Of a DNA stretch of 64,000 bases, positions 63,061 through 64,000 are shown piece by piece (the stretch's first letter is position 1; each line of letters opens with the position of its first letter). The stretch covers positions 3,497 through 67,496 of the forward strand of contig CAMDCX010000006.1 in the NCBI GenBank assembly GCA_945890715.1, in the 5' to 3' direction. The notes beneath the pieces are model-generated. The model had not been told where the DNA came from, made no database searches, and was given only the letters and a program-made list of their open reading frames with translations. This DNA is from PVC group bacterium (GTDB taxonomy: Bacteria; Verrucomicrobiota; Kiritimatiellia; CAIKKV01; CAITUY01). The position numbers were made by a program, and so were the translations under genes.

Positions 63061-63827
63061 TTCGAGTCCTCCTCATCGTCCTCATCGTCATCGTCCTCAT
63101 CGTCATCGTCCTCGGCGTCCTCCTCATCCTCGTCCTCCTCATCCGCATTCTCATCTTCATCAGCCGGATCGGCCGGATTGGGCTGATCACTTGCATTCTG
63201 GATTAATGCTTCAGGGTCGACCTCATTTGCCACGTCTTGCTTCTTACGCATCGCCTCCATTCGGGCCAGTTCAGTAATGCCCGGAAGCTCTTTGACGTCT
63301 TTTAGGCCAAAGTGCTCCAGAAAAAGCGTGGTTGTCCCGTACAACATCGGACGCCCCGGGAGTTCGCTTCGCCCCACAATTTTGATCAATTGCATTTCCA
63401 TAAGCATCCGAATGACATGATCTACAGCCACTCCTCGAACTCCCTCTAATTCAGCCCGTGAGATCGGCTGCCGGTAGGCAATAATAGCCAGAGTTTCCAA
63501 GGCTGGCCGCGACAGTCGCGTGGGTTTCCCCACGTTCAGCATATGTCGGATCCAGGGACCGCCAGCAGGGTCGCTTTGAAAGCGGAATCCTTCAGCGCTT
63601 TCAATCAGGTGTACTCCGGATTTTCCGGTTTCGCACTCGACCTGAAGTTGATGGAGAGACGTCTTGATTTCAGACTCCTTGATGCCTCCGTAAAGTGCCG
63701 CCTCCTCACGATTGATTTCCGCAGTCTCCTGAAAAATCTTCCGAATGGCACCTGTTGTCATGGGTTGGCGGGCGGCAAAAACAATTGCCCCCAAAATCTG
63801 CTTTAGCTCAACTGGCTTTGTTTCCAT
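63057..63827 (-). CDS. scpB: segregation and condensation protein B with poly-acidic C-terminal tail
   Basis: AIVFAARQPMT and LSRPALETLAIIAYRQPISRAELEGVRGV winged-helix motifs. The last 35 or so residues are almost entirely D/E. Confidence 0.85.
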   Translation of the reverse strand: METKPVELKQILGAIVFAARQPMTTGAIRKIFQETAEINREEAALYGGIKESEIKTSLHQLQVECETGKSGVHLIESAEGFRFQSDPAGGPWIRHMLNVGKPTRLSRPALETLAIIAYRQPISRAELEGVRGVAVDHVIRMLMEMQLIKIVGRSELPGRPMLYGTTTLFLEHFGLKDVKELPGITELARMEAMRKKQDVANEVDPEALIQNASDQPNPADPADEDENADEEDEDEEDAEDDDDEDDDDEDDEEDSK

Positions 63828-63839
63828 TCCTTAATCCCC

Positions 63840-64000
63840 TTACGCTACCGATTCATTCATAATCACAATATCCCCGAAATCACCCTCCTGCTGGGCCACC
63901 ACTTGCCGCAAGCGGATAAGCTCCAGAATGGCCAGAAAGGTACATACAATTTCATTCCGGGATGCAGCCTTTTCGAAGAGACTTGAAAAGGAAGTCCGAC
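63840..64000 (-). CDS. scpA: segregation and condensation protein A, C-terminal fragment running off the window
   Basis: Minus-strand translation reads ...EIVCTFLAILELIRLRQVVAQQEGDFGDIVIMNESVA-stop, a typical ScpA C-terminus. Located upstream of scpB. Confidence 0.7.
   Translation of the reverse strand, partial: RTSFSSLFEKAASRNEIVCTFLAILELIRLRQVVAQQEGDFGDIVIMNESVA

Overview
This is a densely coded 64-kb chromosomal window with about 60 protein genes, one RNase P RNA, and partial genes at both edges (acpS at the left, scpA at the right). I found no rRNA, tRNA, CRISPR array, transposase, integrase or recognisable defence gene.

Gene content points to an anaerobic, sugar-fermenting, diderm bacterium, possibly of the PVC group. 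That is an inference from a six-gene Ech-type [NiFe] hydrogenase, rubrerythrin, CstA, a GH2/sugar-porter locus, LptF/G, a fused MurC-MurB and an IVS-type four-helix-bundle gene.

Most of the window is housekeeping:
- pdxJ-acpS, birA, mntP, bioD and bioB.
- One long minus-strand envelope operon: TerB-like protein, OM barrel, WcaJ-type transferase, FecCD-type ABC importer, GT39, LptF/G and PAP2.
- murC/murB, a queG-like gene, rbr and a dGTPase-like gene.
- rarA, 5-FCL, rny, ymdB, xseA, xseB and two Opp/Dpp-type ATPases.
- A phosphomannomutase/phosphoglucomutase gene, argS, rnpB, pheA-hisC-tyrA and scpAB.

I see no clear new multi-gene system. The observations most worth a second look are:
1. A four-helix-bundle (23S-IVS-protein/Avd-like) gene sits inside a long hairpin cassette flanked by 13-bp direct repeats.
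2. A gene-less 152-bp MITE-like hairpin with a 9-bp target-site-like duplication abuts the murC/B stop codon.
3. An AraC-controlled locus repeats a URO-D-like enzyme plus MFS sugar porter module twice, next to a GH2.
4. The echABCDEF operon has a promoter-leader-terminator arrangement that looks like an attenuator.
5. A siderophore/B12-type ABC ATPase carries an unassigned C-terminal domain of about 160 aa.
6. A 0.5-kb unassigned region lies upstream of rarA/5-FCL.

All calls come from reading the translations and sequence by eye. No database search was run.
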